Below are positions 9,448 to 19,127 of a stretch of 64,000 nt of DNA, in pieces. The translations under genes and the position numbers were made by a program. The notes beneath the pieces are model-generated. The model saw only the letters and a program-made list of their open reading frames with translations. It had not been told where the DNA came from and ran no database searches. Origin of the DNA: Candidatus Thorarchaeota archaeon (lineage in GTDB: Archaea; Asgardarchaeota; Thorarchaeia; Thorarchaeales; Thorarchaeaceae); assembly GCA_050124975.1 (NCBI GenBank), contig JASFEF010000002.1:22690-86689 (forward strand). Direction: 5' to 3'. Position 1 is the stretch's first letter. Each line of letters starts with the position of its first letter.

Positions 9448-11532
9448 CTAGCTTTGGGAATGTCTGATTTTACCCTCGCGTGGACTGTACAGTATCCCCT
9501 CAGCCAATAGTTTCTCAATAACTTCTTCAGCGCGTTCACGAGGTAGACCCATTGAAACAGCTCTCTGAATCAGGGCATCTCGGTTTACTGTTGAAGTTCC
9601 TTCAGATTCCATGTCGCGGATAGCTTTGATGATGATATCTGAGGAACTCCGCTGCGATGCACTCATCTTAGAAACAAGACTATCAATGTCGATTTTCCCA
9701 GTTATCCTGTCAAGTGCAACCATACGAAGAGATTCTTCCATGAGTCGGACCGCTGCTTGGGCGTCTTCTTTAGAAACTTTGGATTGTAACGCCATTCGGG
9801 CTCTTGCTTCTGCCAAACGAACAAGTGATTCTAGTTGACGTGCTGTGATTGGAACTGGGGAGGCCCCTCCTTCGGCGCTCTTTCGAAGGTCTACATAGAA
9901 TTTCTCAATCACTTCTGCAGCCTCTGATGATAGTTGTGGAATGACATAGCGATTTGCGTATCCAATGTACTTCTTCAAGAAATCAGGAGCAATTGTTGGT
10001 GTTGCACCTGTACTCTGTATCTTCTTCATTTGGTGCATGTTGAGTATGAATTGTGCAAGTTCACGGTCTCTTGTAGCCTCTGGAACATCAACTAGAATCC
10101 AAATTAGATCAAACCTTGAAAGGATGGTGAACGGTAATCGGATATTATCTTGAACAGAGAGTGATGATTCATAACGACCTAATGATGGATTGGCGGCTGC
10201 AAGGATTGAGGTTCTTGCATTCAGTGTAGCGACAATTCCAGCTTTTGCGATACTGACTGTGTGTTGTTCCATGGCTTCATGTATTGCAGTCCGATCATTG
10301 GGGTCCATCTTATCAAACTCATCTATACATGCTATACCTTGGTCCGACAGAACTAATGCACCGGCTTCCAATGTCATTGCACCGGATTCTGTATCGTGAA
10401 CAACCGCTGCAGTAAGTCCTGCTGCTGTAGTCCCCTTACCAGAAGTATAAAGTCCCCTTGCGGCCAAGCCCGAAACGAATTTGAGAATCTGACTTTTTCC
10501 TGTTCCGGGGTCTCCAATCATTAGTATATTGGATTTCCCTCTAAGACGTGTTCCATCTGGCAGTGTCTTTCCAACACCACCGAATAGAAGGAGTGCAATT
10601 GATTCTTTAATTCGTTCATGACCCTGTATAGATGGAGCAATGGAAGCATGGATTCTTTCGTGAACATATGGGTCCTCAGCCAACTCCTTTATTCGTTTCT
10701 CGTCTTCTTCAGATATCTCAAGCTGTTCATACTCTTTTTCAGCTATCTCAACACCATTTGCTTCAATGAAAATATTGAATGTCGCAAGCTTTCCTCCTCT
10801 TCTGGAGAAATCGGGAGAAGTCTGAAGGGTTCCAGTAACCTTGACTAATTCACCTGGTCTAGATATATCTACAATATCTCCTTCCAAAATGACATCAACA
10901 GAACGAGGCATCTGGCCAGGAGGAAGTTCCTCGGGTGATTCTTGGATTCTTACCTTTTGCCAGTCTTTGAACTGTGATTTCTGAGGAATCAAACGCATGG
11001 GTGTTTTCTTTGTGCACACTGGACACAGGGCGGGTTCGGTATATCTTCCTTCTTCCTGGGGTTGAGGTATTTCTGCTTGACAGATTCTGCAAAGGAACAT
11101 TGCTTGAACCAGAAGTGGTTTGACCACACTGGCTCTCATCATGATTCCACTGATGTGTATCAGCTTTCCAATATGACGAGACCGAAGAGCGCGCAATGCT
11201 ATGTGTTCAGGATAATTTACAAAACGTGTCTTTATGAAACTGATATCAAGACTATTGACATAGTCTGGGTCTTCAACACGAAGTACTGATACCAGAGCAT
11301 TATCAGACATCTCTAGGAACTTCTGAGGGTCTTCAGCTGCTAATGCCATGAACACGTTATCGAAGCTTGTCAAATCCTGAAAATCAACGGTGAGTGAAAT
11401 TTCATCATTAATTGACATTTGTTGGATTCTTGACCAATAAGTCAGAGTTCCCTGTTCATCTTTGTATGTTCTTAGGAACTCCTCGAATCTTTCCTGTTCA
11501 TCATAACTGGACATCTTTCTTAGCCTCGACAA
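9448..11532 (-). CDS. mcm: minichromosome maintenance helicase MCM
   Basis: 694-aa ORF with a zinc finger (CPVCTKK), Walker A GDPGTGKS, Walker B/arginine finger (IDEFDKM...SRFDL) and a C-terminal winged helix. Confidence 0.9.
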   Translation of the reverse strand: MSRLRKMSSYDEQERFEEFLRTYKDEQGTLTYWSRIQQMSINDEISLTVDFQDLTSFDNVFMALAAEDPQKFLEMSDNALVSVLRVEDPDYVNSLDISFIKTRFVNYPEHIALRALRSRHIGKLIHISGIMMRASVVKPLLVQAMFLCRICQAEIPQPQEEGRYTEPALCPVCTKKTPMRLIPQKSQFKDWQKVRIQESPEELPPGQMPRSVDVILEGDIVDISRPGELVKVTGTLQTSPDFSRRGGKLATFNIFIEANGVEIAEKEYEQLEISEEDEKRIKELAEDPYVHERIHASIAPSIQGHERIKESIALLLFGGVGKTLPDGTRLRGKSNILMIGDPGTGKSQILKFVSGLAARGLYTSGKGTTAAGLTAAVVHDTESGAMTLEAGALVLSDQGIACIDEFDKMDPNDRTAIHEAMEQHTVSIAKAGIVATLNARTSILAAANPSLGRYESSLSVQDNIRLPFTILSRFDLIWILVDVPEATRDRELAQFILNMHQMKKIQSTGATPTIAPDFLKKYIGYANRYVIPQLSSEAAEVIEKFYVDLRKSAEGGASPVPITARQLESLVRLAEARARMALQSKVSKEDAQAAVRLMEESLRMVALDRITGKIDIDSLVSKMSASQRSSSDIIIKAIRDMESEGTSTVNRDALIQRAVSMGLPRERAEEVIEKLLAEGILYSPREGKIRHSQS

Positions 11533-11621
11533 TATTCATTATACTAGAATGTTCATTCGTTTGTCAGTATCCGACTCCTTGTTCTTCTTGATTTGTATTT
11601 AAGGGCACTAATACTCATTGC

Positions 11622-12191
11622 TCATTCTGTAATGTTTTGGCGCCATCCAGAGAGTAAATCAATTAGCTCTTCACAGAGCCATCTCTCTTCATAAGCCATC
11701 TGTTTTCTCTTTTCTTGATATGCACCCGATTTGGCAACTCGGAGAATCTTTGATAATCGAGTTTCAACCAAGAAAGGGACCATACGTTGTAGTTTTTCGA
11801 TTTCGTCGTATTTTCTTGGATCTATCGATGTTCTGTCACTCTGTAATCGAAGAACCTTCCTGCTGAGTGCAGTATATAGAAATGGTTGAAATGTCTGCAG
11901 CTTATGTGGTTGTTTTTCTTCTTCACGATAGAGATTCTGAAGTCTTCTAAGTGAATCATATGCATCTTCAGGTACAATGTCTACTATATCATGTTTCAGG
12001 AACCGTTCTATAACCCAATTAGGAAGACTGGCCCGATCTCTCTTCTTGAAAGGACCTAGTTTGTTGCCCCCCACAATTATCTCAGATATTGGTTTAAGAA
12101 ATATACACTCCCGAGATTCGTTAAGGAACATCATCTCAAATCGGTTCATCTCATCTTTAGGTTCACTGCAAAGCTTCATGAAATCCCACAC
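11622..12191 (-). CDS. putative GINS subunit (Gins51-like)
   Basis: 189-aa helical ORF immediately upstream of mcm on the same strand, in the position GINS occupies in many archaeal replisome clusters. The family call is tentative. Confidence 0.3.
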   Translation of the reverse strand: MWDFMKLCSEPKDEMNRFEMMFLNESRECIFLKPISEIIVGGNKLGPFKKRDRASLPNWVIERFLKHDIVDIVPEDAYDSLRRLQNLYREEEKQPHKLQTFQPFLYTALSRKVLRLQSDRTSIDPRKYDEIEKLQRMVPFLVETRLSKILRVAKSGAYQEKRKQMAYEERWLCEELIDLLSGWRQNITE

Positions 12192-12379
12192 ATCTTTTTG
12201 GACTAGCGGAGATAAAGCCCTTGCTCTGTGATAACGAGCCAGAGTGATTAATCCTGTGTTTCATTTTTGAGGTGTAATCGTGTTGCCAGAGAATCTTTTA
12301 AGGGGTCAAGAAAGATGCGTAACAGAATTTGGCAAAAGCGGAAGACTATCACATCTTCAATATTGGATGGGAACTATAA

Positions 12380-13339
12380 ATGGATCTAGACCTGTGGACT
12401 GAGAAATATCGACCTCCAACCTTGGGCGAGATTGTTGGCCAAGAATCGTTGATTGAGAGCCTGAAGAAGTTTGTAGAAACCAAAGCAGTGCCTCACTGTT
12501 TGTTTGCAGGACCACCAGGTACCAGCAAAACCACTGCAGCAATGGCTATGGCTAGAGACCTCTTTGGCGATTCTTTTGAGCGCAATTTTATGGAGCTCAA
12601 TGCTAGTGATGAGAGAGGCATCGATGTTGTAAGGAATCAGATCAAGAACTTTGCCAGGACCATGCCATCGGGTGATGCTCCATTCAAGATACTCGTTCTC
12701 GATGAAGCTGACCATCTTACGGCAGATGCACAACATGCTTTGAGGCGTACTATGGAGTCCTATGCCGCCTCCTGTAGGATGGTGTTGATCTGTAATTATT
12801 CTAGTAGGATTATCCCACCAATTCAGTCTAGATGTGCGATATTTCGTTTCTCACGGCTTAGTAATGATGACATCGCGAGCAGACTCAAGTATATCGCCAA
12901 AAAAGAGGGGATTGGTCTTCTTGCAGGTGGAAATCAGGCGATTCTGTATCTTGTTGAGGGAGATATGAGAGCCGCTATCAACCTTCTACAAGCAGCTTCA
13001 TCTACAGGCCAAAAAGTGACTGACGAGATTGTTTACTCAATTTCAGGTAGAGCGAACCCAGAAGCTGTAAGGAAGATGCTTGATGATGCAAAAGAAGGAA
13101 AATATATTGAATCACTTGATAGCCTTAGGAATCTGATATATCAGCAAGGTGTTTCACCTGTGGATCTAGTGAAACAAATGCATCGAGAGATTGAGGGTCT
13201 CGGTCTTGATAACAAAGAACGGATGAGTATACTAAACCAGACTGCAGAAATAGAATTCCGTGTGGGTGAAGGAGCGAATGGTGAGATTCAACTTTCAGCA
13301 CTTCTGGCACGTTTAGGGTTTGGTAGTGATTCTGAATGA
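12380..13339 (+). CDS. rfcS: replication factor C small subunit
   Basis: Clamp-loader motifs are present: WTEKYRP, FAGPPGTSKTT, DEADHLT and SRC. Confidence 0.9.
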   Translation: MDLDLWTEKYRPPTLGEIVGQESLIESLKKFVETKAVPHCLFAGPPGTSKTTAAMAMARDLFGDSFERNFMELNASDERGIDVVRNQIKNFARTMPSGDAPFKILVLDEADHLTADAQHALRRTMESYAASCRMVLICNYSSRIIPPIQSRCAIFRFSRLSNDDIASRLKYIAKKEGIGLLAGGNQAILYLVEGDMRAAINLLQAASSTGQKVTDEIVYSISGRANPEAVRKMLDDAKEGKYIESLDSLRNLIYQQGVSPVDLVKQMHREIEGLGLDNKERMSILNQTAEIEFRVGEGANGEIQLSALLARLGFGSDSE

Positions 13340-14556
13340 ACGATGATAGTCTTCCTTGGGCAGAGAAACATCGTCCGAAGAAACTAGATGGACTTGTGGG
13401 GAACCCTGAAACAATAAGGACACTAAAAAGTTGGGTTGAGTCTTGGATATCAAGAGTACCAAGTAAAAGGGCTGCTCTTCTAGTTGGGCCACCAGGAACA
13501 GGAAAGACTGCATTGGTAGGGGCGCTGGCAAACGATTTAGACATGGAACTTGTTGAATTCAATTCAAGTGATAAAAGGAACAAAGATAGTATAGAAACGT
13601 TGGTCTGGAGAGCAGCAGCACAACAGACCCTTGATGGTCGACCTAGACTCATCTTGTTGGACGAAGTGGATGGTCTCTCTGGGACAAGTGATAGAGGTGG
13701 TGTTGGGGCCATCCTGAAAGTTATCAAAGATGCAGTACATCCGATTGTAATGACAGCAAATGATCCTAATAGTCCTCGTCTCAAGGACCTGATGAAAGTG
13801 TGTCAAGTCTTCAATTTTGGACTTATCGAGAATGATGATATGGAGATAGTATTGAAACATATCATATCTGAAAACGATGTGGAGGTATCTAGTGAAGCGT
13901 TAGATGAGATTATTGAGGGTTCAGGAGGCGACCTCCGTGCAGCAATTTCCGACTTAGAGTCCCAAGTAAGGAGTGGTCTAGCATCCCTAGTTGTTACACC
14001 AGCTTTCAGGGACTCGAAACGGGGGATTGAGGAAACTCTACGACACCTGTTTGCTTCTGCTGACTCCAAAGTTGCTAGAAGAACATTGTCTGAAACCGAG
14101 CTAAATCATGATTCGTTGATCTTATGGCTTGAGGAGAATCTCCATCTCCATCTTATGACCACTAAGGAATTGGATGAGGGATTTGAACAACTTTCTCGTG
14201 CAGACATGACGCTTGGAAGAATCATGAGAGACCAGAATTGGAAACTTCTTGCATATTTCTACGATTTCTTGTCTATAGGAGTAGCGATGAGTCGGTCTGA
14301 AACACCTTTTCGGCGTGTTAAATATTCACGGCCTACTTGGCCCCTTTTGGTCTGGCAGGGTAGTAGAAAGCGTGACAAACAAGCTGAAGTCTTGACATCT
14401 TTGTCGGTAGTAACAGGAGTTTCAAAGAGAAGAGTGCGGCAAACTCATCTTGACACAATTCGTGAAATTATTAGGATAAATCCTAAGAGTCTGAACGATT
14501 TCGCGATTTGGTTGAATGTTGAAAAGTCATCATTGGCTCAGAAAAGTAGTCGATGA
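13336..14556 (+). CDS. rfcL: replication factor C large subunit
   Basis: WAEKHRPKKL, VGPPGTGKT and LDEVDG motifs are present. The start overlaps the rfcS stop (ATGA), which indicates an operon. Confidence 0.8.
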   Translation: MNDDSLPWAEKHRPKKLDGLVGNPETIRTLKSWVESWISRVPSKRAALLVGPPGTGKTALVGALANDLDMELVEFNSSDKRNKDSIETLVWRAAAQQTLDGRPRLILLDEVDGLSGTSDRGGVGAILKVIKDAVHPIVMTANDPNSPRLKDLMKVCQVFNFGLIENDDMEIVLKHIISENDVEVSSEALDEIIEGSGGDLRAAISDLESQVRSGLASLVVTPAFRDSKRGIEETLRHLFASADSKVARRTLSETELNHDSLILWLEENLHLHLMTTKELDEGFEQLSRADMTLGRIMRDQNWKLLAYFYDFLSIGVAMSRSETPFRRVKYSRPTWPLLVWQGSRKRDKQAEVLTSLSVVTGVSKRRVRQTHLDTIREIIRINPKSLNDFAIWLNVEKSSLAQKSSR

Positions 14557-15346
14557 CATTAACAATGGTCCTAATTGAGCGTCTATATTGTTCAAGTTGT
14601 TCTCTTAATTGATTTCGAATCATTCTGATTGCGTTTTTGCTTGCCTTCATCTTGAATGGAACAATTGTTTCTACAAGGACCAAGTTTTCTGGAGGTGAAG
14701 GTTGAATGCCACTTGCAAGAGCTTTCTGTCCTGAGAGAATTTTGTTGATTGCCTCAAGTTCGATTCTTTCAGTTCCTATCTCTGTAAGTAGTGTGACCAT
14801 TTTGCGCACAAGTTTCCATAGAAATCGAGTTCCAAAGATATCCAGGAATAATGTATCATTATCATCATTAATGGATATATTCAGAATTGTTGTGTTTGTA
14901 TTTCGACCAGAATCAGGTTTTGCTAGTTGATTGAAATCTTTAGATCCAATTAGGAGTGATGTTGCCTTTTTGACAACCTCGAGATTCAGTTTTGCCCAAG
15001 ATTTGTCGAGATAATATCGATAGTGTCGCATTAGTACATCAAAACGCGGAATAAAATTGGGAGGAGCTTCTGTGGATGCCCACAAAATGATATCATCTGG
15101 AAGATAGCGATTGATTTTATCAATGTTGAATTGTTTTTCTGTAGTAATCATGACTAATTGCCCAATACTATGAACTCCTCTATCAGTCCTGCCAGAGATT
15201 TGTACAGTTTGAGTGGAGTGCTGCTCTTTACTCCATTTTTTGAGAGCCCCAATCAGTTCTCCTTGTACTGTAGTGTATTTCGGCTGATATTGTGAACCAT
15301 GATAATTGGTACCCAGATAGAACAAACGAGAAAGATAATTCGCCAT
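14483..15346 (-). CDS. truA: tRNA pseudouridine(38-40) synthase TruA
   Basis: The N-terminus is YLGTNYHGSQYQP and the catalytic Asp lies in the RTDRGVHS motif. The likely start is the internal Met; the longest ORF starts at 15373. Confidence 0.75.
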   Translation of the reverse strand: MANYLSRLFYLGTNYHGSQYQPKYTTVQGELIGALKKWSKEQHSTQTVQISGRTDRGVHSIGQLVMITTEKQFNIDKINRYLPDDIILWASTEAPPNFIPRFDVLMRHYRYYLDKSWAKLNLEVVKKATSLLIGSKDFNQLAKPDSGRNTNTTILNISINDDNDTLFLDIFGTRFLWKLVRKMVTLLTEIGTERIELEAINKILSGQKALASGIQPSPPENLVLVETIVPFKMKASKNAIRMIRNQLREQLEQYRRSIRTIVNVIDYFSEPMMTFQHSTKSRNRSDS

Positions 15347-15360
15347 GTCATGAATACCTC

Positions 15361-15645
15361 TCATGACTCCCAAAGATTGAACAGGCTTCTTAGTGAACGT
15401 GCTCTGAGATCTTCAATCTTGTAACGATAGATTTTGATTCTTCCAAATTTCTTCTCTTCTATAAGGCCTGAGCTCAGTAACACTTCAAGATGGGATTTTG
15501 TTGAACTATGATTGAGGTCTACTCTTCGACAAAGCTCAGAGATATTTAGCTCATTAGAAGCTGCTAGTTCCTTGAGTATCTTGATTCTGCCTCGTGATGA
15601 AAATATGTCCTCAATAGGAACTTTGGGTGAACTTTCAGCGGTCAT
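15361..15645 (-). CDS. small winged-HTH (ArsR-like) transcriptional regulator
   Basis: 94-aa ORF containing ILKELAASNELNISELCRRVDLNHSSTKSHLEVL. Confidence 0.45.
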   Translation of the reverse strand: MTAESSPKVPIEDIFSSRGRIKILKELAASNELNISELCRRVDLNHSSTKSHLEVLLSSGLIEEKKFGRIKIYRYKIEDLRARSLRSLFNLWES

Positions 15646-16856
15646 CTGTTAGCCTCCTTGGATGTATCGAGTAATCCTGACAGGAATTGCTCCAACATCT
15701 CAGCTGGAACATCCGAGAACCCAATAAGAGTAGTCTGACCTCTCTGACCTGAACCTGATTTCTTTGCATCTATTATACCGTGAGAATGAAGATCTTGGAC
15801 CCACTCCCAAATCTGAGTGTGGGCTCGTGGTTCTTCATAGTATTCCTCACATATTGAGCGATACATTTCTTCAACTTCGCCTATTGTGACATATGCACTA
15901 CGAATCTCCCGAAGCTGTCTTGCTGCTGCTAATAGTAGAAGTTTGTGCTGTGTAGGAAGTGTTACAAAAATCTCCTTTCTAAGCTCAGGATGGGTGTCTG
16001 TTTTTGCACGACGTGCATAATCAGGTATAACTACATCTACTTGGTCACTATCAGCGCCTTTGCCAGCACGCCATAAGAGCTCAATTGCATATCGTGCATC
16101 ACCGTGCTCGGAAGCAATATCACAAATGACTTGGATTGTTTCATCCATGACTGTCTTCTTCTCAAAAGCCATTTCTACACGGTCTTGGAGTATGTCATGA
16201 AGTGCGTCACGTCTATACCTCGAGAATCTGAGAACATTGCGTTGTAGGGTGCTTCGTGTACTAGAGTCTAGAATGTCATCATCAAGAGGGATTTTTCGAC
16301 CAATTCCTATAATTGAGAGACGTTGTGTTGCGTTAAGTCTATCATCCATAAGTCGTGTGAGATCATAAAGAATGTCAGCACCTCTCTGCCTTATGAAATA
16401 GTCCAGCTCATCAAGGATAAGGAGAAGATATCGATCTTCTTCATCGAGAATCTCCACTAGCATTTGTAGTAATTCGTCAGGTGAGTGTCCACGTCTAGGA
16501 AACTTAGGTTTGAATTCTCGTAGTGCTCGAAGAAAAACTAGGTATGCGGTCTTGTTGACACGGCAGTTAATGTGAATACTATGAAGTCTGATATTTCGCC
16601 TTTTTGCAGCTTGAATCATCTGTTCAGAAAACCGTTTTGCTACTGCCGTCTTCCCGGTTCCTACAGGCCCCTCAATGATGAACTTGTGACTTGTTCGACC
16701 TGGTGAACTGATTAGGGTCTTAAAACTTTGAACAAGTGTCCTAATCTCAGATTGTCGATGAGGAAGACTTTCAGGCACATAGTCGATAGATAAGAACTGC
16801 TCTGATTTGAATACACTACGTCTGCTGAGTTCATCTTCAACATAGTCGTGAGGCAT
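15642..16856 (-). CDS. orc1: Orc1/Cdc6 replication initiator
   Basis: 404-aa ORF with AAA+ motifs (GPVGTGKT; DELD) and a C-terminal winged helix. Confidence 0.85.
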   Translation of the reverse strand: MPHDYVEDELSRRSVFKSEQFLSIDYVPESLPHRQSEIRTLVQSFKTLISSPGRTSHKFIIEGPVGTGKTAVAKRFSEQMIQAAKRRNIRLHSIHINCRVNKTAYLVFLRALREFKPKFPRRGHSPDELLQMLVEILDEEDRYLLLILDELDYFIRQRGADILYDLTRLMDDRLNATQRLSIIGIGRKIPLDDDILDSSTRSTLQRNVLRFSRYRRDALHDILQDRVEMAFEKKTVMDETIQVICDIASEHGDARYAIELLWRAGKGADSDQVDVVIPDYARRAKTDTHPELRKEIFVTLPTQHKLLLLAAARQLREIRSAYVTIGEVEEMYRSICEEYYEEPRAHTQIWEWVQDLHSHGIIDAKKSGSGQRGQTTLIGFSDVPAEMLEQFLSGLLDTSKEANR

Positions 16857-17067
16857 GACAGTCCAAAAGCAATTCTACTGATGCACCTTAAAAGCATTTG
16901 CGGAGCGTACGATTAAATGTATACCAAAAGGGGAGGTTGCCGAAAGTAATGGCGAGCTCCTAACTCAAGATCCATATCATTGTCATTTCTGACTCATAGG
17001 GGTCATAGCAATCATTGCTCGCCATGGACACATTGGTTTATTATCCCTTAAATCTGACGAAAAGCAG

Positions 17068-17145
17068 TGGTGCGACCGCCGGGATTTGAACCCGGCTTGG
17101 AAGCTTGGGAGGCTTCCGTCCTAACCAGGCTAGACCACGGTCGCA
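17068..17145 (-). tRNA. tRNA-Gly (anticodon CCC), CCA encoded
   Basis: The hand-folded cloverleaf is GCGACCG-TG-GTCT/AGCCTGGTTA/GGAC-G-GAAGC/CTCCCAA/GCTTC-CAAG-CCGGG/TTCAAAT/CCCGG-CGGTCGC-A-CCA. Confidence 0.85.
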
Positions 17146-17996
17146 ATTCCAAAACACGATTGTTTCTGGTTGCGATTTAAGATTATTGATATTTTCCGCT
17201 GTTGGGAAGCTTCCGTCCTGACGTTCATTGCAAAGTAGACAAACTTAGACATGTGTCCTTTGTCCCAAGTCTGAGGAGCTCCCTCGAGAGTTCAGAGAGT
17301 CGATAATTGCTTCTGAAAATTGTAAACAGCCTGCAAAATCTTCACTTAGAGAAAGAAGTAGTAGAATTGTACGAGCTCATATACTTACATCAGCATGAAA
17401 TGGTATGACAGGGCTAAGTATGTGGACTAGGGCCTTGGACAAGACTCGACGTGCGCGACTGAAAGCCCGAAGGAAGAAGTCTTCTCAAGGGAAGTCCTTA
17501 CTCTCCACAAAGGAATTGACATCAGGTTCTGGAGAGTCCGCGGCTGTTCACTATGTCCAATCGGACCTTGTCAAATTCAATGATGAATCTGATGAGAGTG
17601 ATGATGACCCCGCCGTGGTAAGAACTGTGGAAACTCTCGCTGTCGTTGGGAGTGATGCTTCGACAATAGAACAGGAGAAGGAAACCAGGTCTTCAGGAGA
17701 GATTCCATCTCGATGATAGTTGACAAAGCCCTTGCTAAGTTTAGCATTTTCTCGAAAATGTTGGATGGTGGTGACACCGGCAAGGGAAGGGCGGAACACA
17801 GAAGTTTCTTGGTGTTGTGGTTCACTCACCACAAAATGTAAGATTTAGGTCAAAAGCATACTCTTACGGCATGAAAACACGCACCACTTTGTCATCTGTG
17901 TCAAGAATATTTTACCAAATATCACTCGGATAGGTTGGGACAAACCTGTATGCTTATCTTGAACATATTGCCAAACGCCAACTTGGAGTCTTAGCT

Positions 17997-19127
17997 ATGT
18001 CCGGTAATAATGAAAGAATCGAGTTCTGGCAAGGCAATCAAGCTTGTGCAGAAGCTGCTATTACGGCAGGTTGTAGATTCTTTGCAGGTTATCCAATCAC
18101 ACCAGCCTCAGAGATTGCGGAAATTATGTCAGTAAAACTTCCAGTGATTGGAGGTACATACGTTCAGATGGAAGATGAGATTGCTGCTATCTCTGCTGTA
18201 ATTGGCAGTTCTTGGGGAGGATCTTTGTCGATGACAGCAACCTCGGGTCCAGGATTCAGTCTGATGCAGGAAAACATAGGATATGCCATTATGACAGAAA
18301 CTCCTTGTGTTATTGTAGATGTTCAGAGAGCTGGTCCAAGTACAGGACAAGCTACGAAAGCGGCTCAGGGAGATTTTATGCAAGCACGTTGGGGGACTCA
18401 TGGAGACTATGAGAGTATTGTACTTGCCCCCAACTCCGCACAAGAAACATATGAACTGACGTTGAAATCATTTGAGCTATCTGAGAGACTACGCCATCCT
18501 GTCATTCTGCTCTCAGATGAAATTGTGGCGCATTCACGGGAAAAGGTTGTTGTTGATAGAAGCAAGGATAACTCGGTGAAAAGGCGATTCGCAAAGAGAG
18601 GAGATATGTCCTTTGGTGAGATTGATGCTGATGGACATGCGATGATGCCGAGATTTGGCGATGGTCATGATTTGCTCATTACAGGATCGACCCACAATGA
18701 GTCAGGACTACGAAAAACTGCAGACCCAGAGGTGCATGATAGACTGGTCCGTAGATTATCAGCTAAAATTCAGAACAAGCATGAATTATTGGAAGATTAT
18801 GAAATTTCAGGTCCTGATACAGCTGAATGGGGTGTTGTTTCATATGGTTCAACATCTAGATCAGTGGATGAACTGATGGCAATCACATCGGAACCCACAG
18901 TACGGTCTTTCAGAATGAGAACATTGTGGCCGTTCCCTGATGATGCATTAAAGAAATTTGCTAAATCTGTTGATAGGTTGTTGATCCCAGAACTTAGTCT
19001 TGGTCAGCTGTCAAGGGAAGTGAGTCGAGCGGTAGAAGGGTTGGTGGATGTTATTCCCTTGAACAAGATTGGTGGCGGCCTCATGATTGAACCAGATGAA
19101 ATTCTTCGTGAAATGGTCAAGTCTTGA
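17997..19127 (+). CDS. korA: 2-oxoacid:ferredoxin oxidoreductase alpha subunit (KorA/PorA-like)
   Basis: The N-terminus IEFWQGNQACAEAAITAGCRFFAGYPITPASEI and the pyruvate-flavodoxin oxidoreductase domain are present. No beta subunit follows. Confidence 0.7.
   Translation: MSGNNERIEFWQGNQACAEAAITAGCRFFAGYPITPASEIAEIMSVKLPVIGGTYVQMEDEIAAISAVIGSSWGGSLSMTATSGPGFSLMQENIGYAIMTETPCVIVDVQRAGPSTGQATKAAQGDFMQARWGTHGDYESIVLAPNSAQETYELTLKSFELSERLRHPVILLSDEIVAHSREKVVVDRSKDNSVKRRFAKRGDMSFGEIDADGHAMMPRFGDGHDLLITGSTHNESGLRKTADPEVHDRLVRRLSAKIQNKHELLEDYEISGPDTAEWGVVSYGSTSRSVDELMAITSEPTVRSFRMRTLWPFPDDALKKFAKSVDRLLIPELSLGQLSREVSRAVEGLVDVIPLNKIGGGLMIEPDEILREMVKS

Noticed and set aside
16857-17067. Origin of replication immediately upstream of orc1/cdc6.
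   Set aside because: Only a short G-string (AAAGGGGAGG) is present. No ORB dyad (TTCCAnTGGAA/GTGGAAAC) and no marked AT-rich unwinding stretch are seen, unlike the 40.8-kb region.
17405-17716. 103-aa ORF called as a gene.
   Set aside because: It is acidic, Ser-rich and low-complexity, with no start context or conservation clues. It is kept only as a possibility within the finding for 17146-17996.
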